Shown here: in pieces, positions 31,523-38,692 of the stretch
How the letters are laid out: every line of letters starts with the position of its first letter
Position numbering within the stretch: the stretch's first letter is position 1
Assembly (NCBI GenBank): GCA_041664865.1
Contig: JBAYJU010000002.1
Coordinates: forward strand, 1 to 39,175
DNA: 39,175 nt
Reading direction: 5' to 3'
Origin: Minisyncoccota bacterium
GTDB taxonomy: Bacteria; Patescibacteriota; Minisyncoccia; Phycocordibacterales; Phycocordibacteraceae
Notes under the pieces: generated by a model
Database searches by the model: none
What the model was told of the DNA's origin: nothing
What the model saw: only the letters and a program-made list of their open reading frames with translations
Position numbers and translations under genes: made by a program

Positions 31523-32140
31523 ATGTTGAGAAGAATCTTCGTGTTTATTTATGAAGTACTGGCAACGATTGTGGGCGCAGCTGTTCCGGCTGCTGTGGCG
31601 GAAGTGTTTCGCAAGAAATTCCGAGCTTCAGAAGAAGCACAACCACCCACGCCTGCATTTGAGAGAAATGATAAAGGACACATAATAATTTCAGTCTGTA
31701 TTGGAGATCGTGAGATCAAGAGGATCGAGGCAGCAAGACTTCGTGTTGATTGTGATGCGAGATCTTGTTTGAACAACGAGGATTACCAGATGGAGCATCG
31801 TAGGGTTGTTGGACGTGTGTACAGGGTCGCACTTGTACCGGTGAGCAGTGTCTGGTGTGAAGACAGAACACTCTCAAATCTCCAGATGCTTGGAGCGAGG
31901 AGTGGCTGCCAGAAGAGGTCGCACGCTTGGCTGATTCCAAGCATATGCTTATCTATATCGGGCAAGATGATGAGTGAAATGGGGTACGGCCGTATTATCT
32001 CACCCAGCCCCATCACCATTAGTGACAGGTACAGGGGAAATTTAGCTGTGGTGTTGGGTTGCAGCAGCAGTGGACGGCTCCGTGGATATCCTGCCGACAT
32101 CAAATGGCCCGCTGATACAGCGGTCGCCTTTCCAGTTTGA
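31523..32140 (+). CDS. Hypothetical protein (205 aa, N-terminal hydrophobic segment)
   Basis: Shine-Dalgarno AAGGAGG at 31510-31516, 6 nt upstream of the ATG. It has a leader of about 100 nt with two hairpins (31420-31439, 31462-31477) and its own terminator. I recognise no family. Confidence 0.55.
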   Translation: MLRRIFVFIYEVLATIVGAAVPAAVAEVFRKKFRASEEAQPPTPAFERNDKGHIIISVCIGDREIKRIEAARLRVDCDARSCLNNEDYQMEHRRVVGRVYRVALVPVSSVWCEDRTLSNLQMLGARSGCQKRSHAWLIPSICLSISGKMMSEMGYGRIISPSPITISDRYRGNLAVVLGCSSSGRLRGYPADIKWPADTAVAFPV

Positions 32141-32169
32141 ACCATTTTGTGTTGATCTTTTTGCATATA

Positions 32170-32212
32170 GGCTCCGCATTGCTTTATAGCGCGCGGAGCC
32201 TTTCTGTTTTCT
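32170..32212 (+). terminator. Rho-independent terminator
   Basis: GGCTCCGC...GCGGAGCC stem followed by TTTCTGTTTTCTT. Confidence 0.6.
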
Positions 32213-32277
32213 TGCTAGAATATTTCGTGTCGCCGGATTTGCCATAGAAGGGGAGATGGCGTATATATAAGGGACAT

Positions 32278-32544
32278 ATGGCAATAACAAGTTCAGCGAA
32301 GAAAGCGATCCGTGTGGCGGAGAAAAAGCATGTGTTCAACCTGCGCCGTAAGAACGAGCTTCAGGACACGACCAAGTCGATCACCAAGGCGCTTGCCGCC
32401 AAGGATGCTACCGGGGCAGAGAAGCTTCTCCCGGCTGCTTATAAGGCAATCGACAAGGCAGCGAAGCGCGGCGTGATCAAGGCGAATACCGCCAGCCGTA
32501 AGAAGTCTCGTCTTGCATTGGCTATCAAGAAGGCGAAGGCATAA
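32278..32544 (+). CDS. rpsT: 30S ribosomal protein S20
   Basis: MAITSSAKKAIRVAEKK ... AIDKAAKRGVIKANTASRKKSRLA. A TATAAG-type -10 lies 6 nt upstream of the ATG. Confidence 0.9.
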   Translation: MAITSSAKKAIRVAEKKHVFNLRRKNELQDTTKSITKALAAKDATGAEKLLPAAYKAIDKAAKRGVIKANTASRKKSRLALAIKKAKA

Positions 32545-32557
32545 GTGCATATATAAG

Positions 32558-32598
32558 AATCAAAAACGGGCGCCGCGAAGCGGCGCCCGTTTTTGATT
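32558..32598. terminator. Perfect bidirectional rho-independent terminator
   Basis: AATCAAAAACGGGCGCCGC-GAA-GCGGCGCCCGTTTTTGATT has a 19-bp stem. Confidence 0.85.
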
Positions 32599-32621
32599 CT
32601 GAGTCCGTGTATACTATTCCC

Positions 32622-34529
32622 ATGCAAAGCTACATAAGCGCAGGTCTCAAGTCATGGTGGAATGTATTCAAGTTTATTTTGTATTTCTTCTCAATCAAGA
32701 CTCTTTTCAAGACACTTCTTTCTGGCTGGGAACGTGATTCATCAGATGGGCATGAATGGTGGGAGCGCTTGATACTGGGCGCAATTTTTATTGTATTCGG
32801 TTTCATATTCCGCATCGTCGTGATTATTATTGGCCTCATCGCACTGACCCTTTCTATCGTGCTACTACCAGTTTTGCTGATCATTCCCATCCGTTTCTCG
32901 TATGAACGTCTCGTTAGGATCGGTGCAATCGGCAAGTCATGGTCATACGGGCAGTCGCTGACACTGCACCGTTCTGGCATCGCGCTGTATAAAGGGGGCG
33001 ACAAGAAGCTGTATGGGCGTGAAGAGCTGGTTGAGCACATGACCCGCATTCTCTGTAGAGAAGATAAAGACAACTTGCTTATGGTTGGTGCTCCAGGAGC
33101 AGGGAAGAGGACAGTCCTATCTCAATTCGCAAAAGACGTATATCGCGGTCTTGTTCCAGCAAGTCTTCAGAACCGCGAGATGATAGAGATACCTCTATCT
33201 GAAATGCCTGTCACGACCTTGAGGAAGATCTTTGCAGAAGCACAGAAAGCGGGTAACATCATCGTGGTATTTAGCGAGCCGGAGAAATATCCTGGCATGC
33301 TAGAGGAGATAGTTCCGCTACTGAAGGCATATGAGCTGCAGGTAATCGTGATCACGTCACTTGATGGCTATGTGCAGTCATGGAAGGATCGTGAAGACGT
33401 GCTTCGTTATCTCGAGAGAATAGATGTGCTACCTCTTGATGATGCCAAGACGCTCGAGTTTCTCACCGATCATGTGAAGGATAATTACAGGGATGTAAGT
33501 TTTGAGGACGGAGTCTTGGAAGAAATCATCAGGCGCACAAATGAGCTCATACAGACGAAGCTTCAACCAGAGAAATCGCTCGACCTACTAACAGAGCTGG
33601 TCGTTAATGTAAAAAGTGTCACGATCAAAGATGTAGACAGAGTGCTCTCGCAGAAGACCGGCGTACCTCTTGGTGCAATCGAGCGCGATGAGAAGCAAGT
33701 CCTCCTTGCGCTTGAAGACGTGCTCAGCACAGAAATAGTCGGGCAGAAAGAAGCTATACGCGATGTCGCTTCGGCACTTCGGCGCGCACGCACTGGCGTT
33801 GCCAGCAAGGGTAAGCCGGTAGGGTCGTTCCTTTTCCTGGGCCCTACTGGTAGTGGCAAGACGCACACGGCGAGGATGCTTGCGCGGCACTATTTCGGAG
33901 GCGATGGAGTTATGACTAGATTCGATATGTCTGAATTCGCGCTGCCAGTAAGCGAGACTGCATTTGTGGAGCGTCTCGCGCTCGCGATAGAGGAGAACCC
34001 ATTCGGGCTGCTGTTCTTCGACGAGCTTGAGAAGGCAGACAAGATAATCTTGAATACTCTCCTCCAGGTCCTTGATGAGGGGCGTCTCACGACCCGGGTA
34101 GGCCGGACGGTATCATGCAAGAATTCCATCATAATCGCCACGTCTAATGCGGGCACAGCTTTCATCGAGGAGCACCAGGATACTACAAAAGATTCAATCA
34201 CTCATTTTCTAATTGACACACAGCTTTTCAGCCCGGAATTCTTGAATCGCTTCGACGACATCGTCCTTTTCAAACCACTTACGAATGAAGACGCTCACGC
34301 CGTCACTCGGCTTTTACTTGAGGATCTAAACAAGAGGCTTTCACAAGAGCGTGGCGTAACCGTAGAGATCACAGATACCTTGGTACATGGATTGGTAGAT
34401 GCTGGATTTGACCATGCGAACGGCGCTCGTGCTCTTCGCCGTGTTATGCAAGACATTGTAGAAAATAAGGTAGCAGACGCGATACTGCACGATAAGGCAG
34501 CGCCTGGGAGCCGTATCATAATTGGGTAG
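32622..34529 (+). CDS. Membrane-anchored Clp/Hsp100-like double-AAA+ ATPase (first module degenerate)
   Basis: N-terminal hydrophobic helices. D1 has GAPGAGKRT but no Walker B (IIVVFSEPEK). D2 is intact (GPTGSGKTHTA, LLFFDELEKA, sensor GARALRR). The start at 32622 is preferred because TATACT at 32610-32615 lies 6 nt upstream. Confidence 0.75.
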   Translation: MQSYISAGLKSWWNVFKFILYFFSIKTLFKTLLSGWERDSSDGHEWWERLILGAIFIVFGFIFRIVVIIIGLIALTLSIVLLPVLLIIPIRFSYERLVRIGAIGKSWSYGQSLTLHRSGIALYKGGDKKLYGREELVEHMTRILCREDKDNLLMVGAPGAGKRTVLSQFAKDVYRGLVPASLQNREMIEIPLSEMPVTTLRKIFAEAQKAGNIIVVFSEPEKYPGMLEEIVPLLKAYELQVIVITSLDGYVQSWKDREDVLRYLERIDVLPLDDAKTLEFLTDHVKDNYRDVSFEDGVLEEIIRRTNELIQTKLQPEKSLDLLTELVVNVKSVTIKDVDRVLSQKTGVPLGAIERDEKQVLLALEDVLSTEIVGQKEAIRDVASALRRARTGVASKGKPVGSFLFLGPTGSGKTHTARMLARHYFGGDGVMTRFDMSEFALPVSETAFVERLALAIEENPFGLLFFDELEKADKIILNTLLQVLDEGRLTTRVGRTVSCKNSIIIATSNAGTAFIEEHQDTTKDSITHFLIDTQLFSPEFLNRFDDIVLFKPLTNEDAHAVTRLLLEDLNKRLSQERGVTVEITDTLVHGLVDAGFDHANGARALRRVMQDIVENKVADAILHDKAAPGSRIIIG

Positions 34530-34532
34530 TCT

Positions 34533-35096
34533 TTATTTTGGAGACCAAATCTGTTTTGCCCGATCTGGTACTGTGCCAGGAGAGGCTGTGCTGTAACAGC
34601 CAGTATCTGTAGGCCAGACAGCTTCAGAATGCCATAGTTTTAATTCACAACGTTCAGGATTTGATTTATTTTCGAGATTGGTTATAAGGTCATATTTTTG
34701 TCGATCGGATGATACTCCATAGGTATAAGTAAGAGCGCTCCACCACGGAGTATCGCCATACCCCTCAACGATCGTATTTGTCGGATCCCTCTGTGGTTTG
34801 ATGAAGTTTAGAAAGTCCTGGTCGGTGCTCAGCCAGTTTGGTTCAGTGCATTTGCTAGTGGCCCAGTCAGTGCGATACCCACCACAGGAGCTTGATGGGC
34901 GAAATGGAGGGTATGCCCCATGCGTTATGTAATAGAGCTCAAGAGCTACTTGAATCGAATGTAAATCTTCCTGTCTCTTTGCATCGCGCGCTTTCTCGCG
35001 TGCAGTATTAAGGCTTGCAAGCACGATGCTCGACAAGAGTCCGATTATCGATATGACAACAAGAAGCTCTATAAGCGTAAACCCTCGCTGTTTCAT
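34533..35096 (-). CDS. Type IV pilin / pseudopilin
   Basis: Prepilin signature MKQRGFTLIELLVVISIIGLL. Confidence 0.85.
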   Translation of the reverse strand: MKQRGFTLIELLVVISIIGLLSSIVLASLNTAREKARDAKRQEDLHSIQVALELYYITHGAYPPFRPSSSCGGYRTDWATSKCTEPNWLSTDQDFLNFIKPQRDPTNTIVEGYGDTPWWSALTYTYGVSSDRQKYDLITNLENKSNPERCELKLWHSEAVWPTDTGCYSTASPGTVPDRAKQIWSPK

Positions 35097-35413
35097 CGTT
35101 GGAAAAGAGCCGCATCATAGGACTGCGTGCTACGACCGCTCTTTAATATGTCATTTTCTTGGGGCGAAAGCTGACCAACGTCCTGTCTTGGGTACGAAAT
35201 AAATGCGATGATCGACATAATAAACACCAGAACTAATAATACATAATTTGCATGATGTACATCGTTGATTAGTCCATACGAGTAGCGAATGACCAAACGA
35301 TTCAGCAGCGGGATGCTTTCTTTCGCTGATCTTGGCAACTCGTCTTCGTCGGTGAATGTAATTCTTGAACGTTCATCCATAGCATCAATGATGTCCTTAA
35401 TTATAACACTCAA
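35093..35413 (-). CDS. Small membrane protein, unknown function
   Basis: One TM helix (YVLLVLVFIMSIIAFI). ATGA overlap with the pilin gene. Confidence 0.4.
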   Translation of the reverse strand: MSVIIKDIIDAMDERSRITFTDEDELPRSAKESIPLLNRLVIRYSYGLINDVHHANYVLLVLVFIMSIIAFISYPRQDVGQLSPQENDILKSGRSTQSYDAALFQR

Positions 35414-35420
35414 TTGGCGG

Positions 35421-35492
35421 TGCTCTCGGCCGGAATCGAACCGGCATCAGCCCCTTCGGAGGGGGCTATCCTATCCGTTGAACGACGAGAGC
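35421..35492 (-). tRNA. tRNA-Arg (anticodon CCG)
   Basis: Hand-folded: acceptor GCTCTCG/CGAGAGC, anticodon arm GCCCC-CTCCGAA-GGGGC, T arm GCCGG-TTCGATT-CCGGC. Confidence 0.85.
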
Positions 35493-35653
35493 GTTTCTAT
35501 ACCATACTACAAGATGTTCTCGGTGGGACCGCGATTACGCTTATCGGTCATTACATGACCAGTACACCTTGCGGATTTTCTCTTCGCATCAGAATGCTCG
35601 ATAAAATGCTCGCAAGGTCTTCGATTCCCACACGCACGCCTCCCAGGCGTGCT

Positions 35654-35708
35654 CGAGAGCACCAAATGAAAAAACGGCATTATGCCGTTTTTTCATTTGG
35701 TGCTCTCG
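35654..35708. repeat. Perfect 55-nt palindrome that includes the tRNA-Arg(GCG) 3' end and its terminator
   Basis: CGAGAGCACCAAATGAAAAAACGGCAT-T-ATGCCGTTTTTTCATTTGGTGCTCTCG has 27-bp arms (checked base by base). Confidence 0.9.
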
Positions 35709-35772
35709 GTGGGAATCGAACCTACATCGCGACCTCCGCAAGGTCGTGTCCTATCCATTGAACGACGAGAGC
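35698..35772 (-). tRNA. tRNA-Arg (anticodon GCG), CCA encoded
   Basis: Hand-folded: acceptor GCTCTCG/CGAGAGC, anticodon arm CGACC-TTGCGGA-GGTCG, T arm GTAGG-TTCGATT-CCCAC with one A-C mismatch. Confidence 0.8.
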
Positions 35773-35813
35773 GTAGTGAGGAAATGCGACTCGCATCCTC
35801 ACTTGAATGTATA

Positions 35814-36287
35814 TCAGAAACCGAGCCACACCGCCACCAGGTCGGTGAAGGTGTGCGGGTGATCTCCTTCATCGACGTGGTGCAGGAAGTAGGCGTAGAC
35901 CAAGTCTACATCGACACCTGCGAGTGGTACACGCAGGTGAGGCGAGTGCCAGTTCTCTGTCTTGATCGAGAGTATCGGCGGGAATTCGCCCTCGATATCT
36001 TCTAGCACAGAGAATGAGAGCATCTTCTCGAAGGGGTGCAGCTCATCGCCGATCATGAGGCCAGCGTCCGTGAGAGAGAAGTGGTGGAGCACCGGTTGTT
36101 TGGCTGAGTGAAGTGAGATCGTGACGGCCGCGATGATTATAAGGACAGTGAGGAGATAATTGCCGAAGATGATTGCAGCGATAGCGCTCGCAGCCGCTAC
36201 GATGCCGAGTACCCAATACCAATCAGCACTCTTCGGGTTGTGCTCATATTCTCGTCCCTCCCATTCTGCAATGACGTTTTGTGCCAT
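35814..36287 (-). CDS. Membrane protein, unknown function (157 aa)
   Basis: Two TM helices. TGCTATACT (plus-strand coordinates 36294-36302) lies 6 nt upstream of the ATG. Confidence 0.55.
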   Translation of the reverse strand: MAQNVIAEWEGREYEHNPKSADWYWVLGIVAAASAIAAIIFGNYLLTVLIIIAAVTISLHSAKQPVLHHFSLTDAGLMIGDELHPFEKMLSFSVLEDIEGEFPPILSIKTENWHSPHLRVPLAGVDVDLVYAYFLHHVDEGDHPHTFTDLVAVWLGF

Positions 36288-36349
36288 GTGGAAAGTATAG
36301 CATCGCGTGCGCTTATCTTGTGTTGTCTTGTGTAACTAAACTAGTTTTG

Positions 36350-36435
36350 CGGAGGGGGCGAGATTCGAACTCGCGGTACCTTACGGTACGGTTGATTTCA
36401 AGTCAACTGCACTAGACCAACTATGCGACCCCTCC
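36350..36435 (-). tRNA. tRNA-Ser (anticodon TGA)
   Basis: Hand-folded: acceptor GGAGGGG/CCCCTCC, anticodon arm GTTGA-CTTGAAA-TCAAC, a long variable arm, and T arm GCGAG-TTCGAAT-CTCGC. Confidence 0.85.
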
Positions 36436-36443
36436 GAGATTTA

Positions 36444-36731
36444 CTACACCTGCGCTGGTGATGAATCGTGCGCAGGAGTGTGTGGGTGGCGTGATGTGTG
36501 AGAGTATGGAGAAGTTGGGCGGAACCAGATGAGATAGACGATCTCGAGGATGCCTAGGGTGTTGACGATGAGGATTGCGACGAACCACCACGACTGGTTG
36601 CTACGAGCGGCGTGCCAGAGAGCGAATCCTTTTAGGATGATTGTCCAAACCGCCATGACCATGAGAATAGGTAGGAATGCCAGCATGAATTCTGGACCGA
36701 AAGGCGAATATAGTGGTGAAAAGCCGTGCAT
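36444..36731 (-). CDS. DUF5652-like small membrane protein
   Basis: WTIILKGFALWHAARSNQSWWFVAILIVNTLGILEIVYLIWF (family recalled from memory). The start at 36731 is chosen from TATATT 8 nt upstream; 36686 is also possible. Confidence 0.5.
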   Translation of the reverse strand: MHGFSPLYSPFGPEFMLAFLPILMVMAVWTIILKGFALWHAARSNQSWWFVAILIVNTLGILEIVYLIWFRPTSPYSHTSRHPHTPAHDSSPAQV

Positions 36732-36760
36732 ATACGCGCAATATACCATACACTTGGTGT

Positions 36761-37174
36761 ATGCGGTACCTCGGAGTGGATTATGGAAGTTCAAAAATCG
36801 GGCTCGCGCTCTCTGATGAGGCTGGCACGATGGGCTTCCCACATTCGGTCATATCGAACACGCCACGGCTCGTAGATGATCTGTGCGCTCTCGTTGCGAA
36901 AGAGGGCGTCGGCGCGGTGGTAATCGGCGAGTCGCGCACGCTCGCTGGAGGGGAGAACCCGATTGCGAAGGATGCTCGCGCACTCGGCGTGAGGATCGCC
37001 GAGTGCGCGAGCATCCCGGTATTCTACGAATCAGAAGTATTTACAAGCTCTGAGGCGCGCCGTGCTCCGGCTAAAGAGATGAAGACGCGCGCCGCTCCGC
37101 GTCGCGCGAATGTGGACGCCTCGGCTGCTGCACTTATTCTTACGAGTTATTTGTCCCATACGAATCATGAATAA
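36761..37174 (+). CDS. ruvX: Holliday junction resolvase-like / pre-16S rRNA nuclease YqgF (RuvX)
   Basis: MRYLGVDYGSSKIGLALSD. Confidence 0.85.
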   Translation: MRYLGVDYGSSKIGLALSDEAGTMGFPHSVISNTPRLVDDLCALVAKEGVGAVVIGESRTLAGGENPIAKDARALGVRIAECASIPVFYESEVFTSSEARRAPAKEMKTRAAPRRANVDASAAALILTSYLSHTNHE

Positions 37175-37556
37175 ACCAGAGATTTCGATCGACGAGTTCA
37201 GCAAGATAGATGTGCAGATAGGCACAGTGCAGAGCGCCGAGCGCGTGCCTGATACAGACAAGCTCATACGGTTTATGATTGATTTCGGCCCGAAGCCTTC
37301 GCAAACCGAGAGCTCATCAGAAGCCAATGATGTCGGCGAAGAAAGAGATGTGCGCCAGATTGTTTCTGGTATTGCGGCATATGTCGCGGAACCAGAATCG
37401 CTCATCGGTCGCCAGCTTGCGTTTGTTACTAATCTAGCGCCGCGCATGATACGCGGGCTTGAGAGCAATGGTATGCTATTTGCGGTCGGCTCTGGAGAGT
37501 CATTCGCATTCCTCACTCCTGATAGGGCAGTGCCACCAGGAACAAGCGCACACTAG
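37167..37556 (+). CDS. tRNA-binding domain protein (CsaA / MetG C-terminal-like)
   Basis: FSKIDVQIGTVQSAERVPDTDKL ... RQIVSGIAAY ... NLAPRMIRGLESNGML. The start overlaps the ruvX stop (ATGAATAA). Confidence 0.8.
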   Translation: MNKPEISIDEFSKIDVQIGTVQSAERVPDTDKLIRFMIDFGPKPSQTESSSEANDVGEERDVRQIVSGIAAYVAEPESLIGRQLAFVTNLAPRMIRGLESNGMLFAVGSGESFAFLTPDRAVPPGTSAH

Positions 37557-37582
37557 AGATGTGTGTCGCATCGCGTGCACGG

Positions 37583-37588
37583 TATACT
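37583..37588 (+). promoter_or_regulatory. -10-like TATACT, 6 nt upstream of the pilM ATG
   Basis: GGTATACT-GTATGT-ATG (ATG at 37595). Confidence 0.45.
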
Positions 37589-37594
37589 GTATGT

Positions 37595-38692
37595 ATGCCT
37601 ATCGTCTTTAGTGAACGTCTACGCGCTTCCTTAGCGCCACCTCGCTATATGGCGCTCCCACTTTCTGGTATCGATCTTTCTACGAGCGGAGTGAAAGCAG
37701 TCCGTTTATCAGAGAGTCCTCATGGGCTCATACTAGCGAAATACATCGAAGCACGTCTCCAAGCAGGGGCTTTCACTGATGGCGAGATAGTTGATCGTGC
37801 CGCTGTTACAAGGGCGCTGGAGAGTGCCGCAGAGGCCACAGGCATATCTTCTGCAAACGTAGCGCTCCCAGAGTCGAAGTCATATCTATTTGAGACGTCA
37901 GCTCCCGGTTCCAATAAGTTGGAACAACGCATCTCCATCGAACAACGTCTTGACGGGTTCATACCGCTCCCGCCGCAAGAGACGGCCTTCGATTTCGTCG
38001 AAGTGGGGCGCAACGAGAACGGTGATGCTTTGGTAGCTGGAGTGGGTTTCGCGCGCCGCATCGTCGAAGAAACTCTTTCGACATTTGATGAGGCTTGTAT
38101 CAATGTGTGTGCGCTTGAGGGGGAGACATTTGCTTCGGCGCGTGCGCTTCTGCCACATGGCGATGATTCCACGGTGCTCATCATAGATGTCGGCAAGACT
38201 ACGACGAAACTGTCTATCGTCACTCATCGCATTCCACGTTTCGCGACCACTATCAATATTGGTGGACATGCGCTCACTCTCGCAGTCCAGAAATATTTTG
38301 GTGTCACCGAAGAAGAGGCGCGCAGGGTGAAGTCAGAGCGTGGAATAGTACCTACTCCAGGGAACGAAGAGTACCTTGAGGCAATGCTCTCTACCGTTTC
38401 TGCAATCAGAGACGAAATTTCTCGGCATCTTGCATTCTGGCAAGAGCGCGCTGCGCGCGGTGGCGCGCACGAGGCCGTGTCGCGTGCAATCATCGCAGGT
38501 GGTAATGCTTCTGTACGTGGGTTCACAGAGTATCTCGAAAGTTCATTGCAGATCCCGGTTACTACTGGTGATGTATTCACGAATTTTGCCTCGCGCGATA
38601 TATGGGTCCCGACTCTTGATTATTCAGAATCGCTCGCGTATGCGACTGCGATAGGTCTTGCTCTACGCGATCGCATCACCACTTATGCTTGA
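37595..38692 (+). CDS. pilM: Type IV pilus assembly protein PilM (actin-like ATPase fold)
   Basis: GIDLSTSGVKAVRL ... IIDVGKTTTKLSIV ... IAGGNASVRGF. Confidence 0.8.
   Translation: MPIVFSERLRASLAPPRYMALPLSGIDLSTSGVKAVRLSESPHGLILAKYIEARLQAGAFTDGEIVDRAAVTRALESAAEATGISSANVALPESKSYLFETSAPGSNKLEQRISIEQRLDGFIPLPPQETAFDFVEVGRNENGDALVAGVGFARRIVEETLSTFDEACINVCALEGETFASARALLPHGDDSTVLIIDVGKTTTKLSIVTHRIPRFATTINIGGHALTLAVQKYFGVTEEEARRVKSERGIVPTPGNEEYLEAMLSTVSAIRDEISRHLAFWQERAARGGAHEAVSRAIIAGGNASVRGFTEYLESSLQIPVTTGDVFTNFASRDIWVPTLDYSESLAYATAIGLALRDRITTYA

Noticed and set aside
35611-35664. A possible plus-strand tRNA (or tRNA-Sec-like gene) ending in CGAGAGCACCA.
   Set aside because: No matching 5' acceptor strand, D arm or anticodon arm could be found upstream. 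It is better explained as an inverted partial copy of the neighbouring tRNA-Arg 3' end.
35414-35761. 115-aa plus-strand ORF (also 35289..35558 and 35682..36005).
   Set aside because: It runs antisense across two well-folding tRNA-Arg genes and the palindrome, so it is not coding.
37291-37350. The extra Ser/Glu-rich loop (PKPSQTESSSEANDVGEERDV) in the tRNA-binding protein, considered as another palindromic insertion.
   Set aside because: The underlying DNA shows no significant inverted repeat, only the short CGAAGCCTTCG. It is probably an ordinary variable loop.
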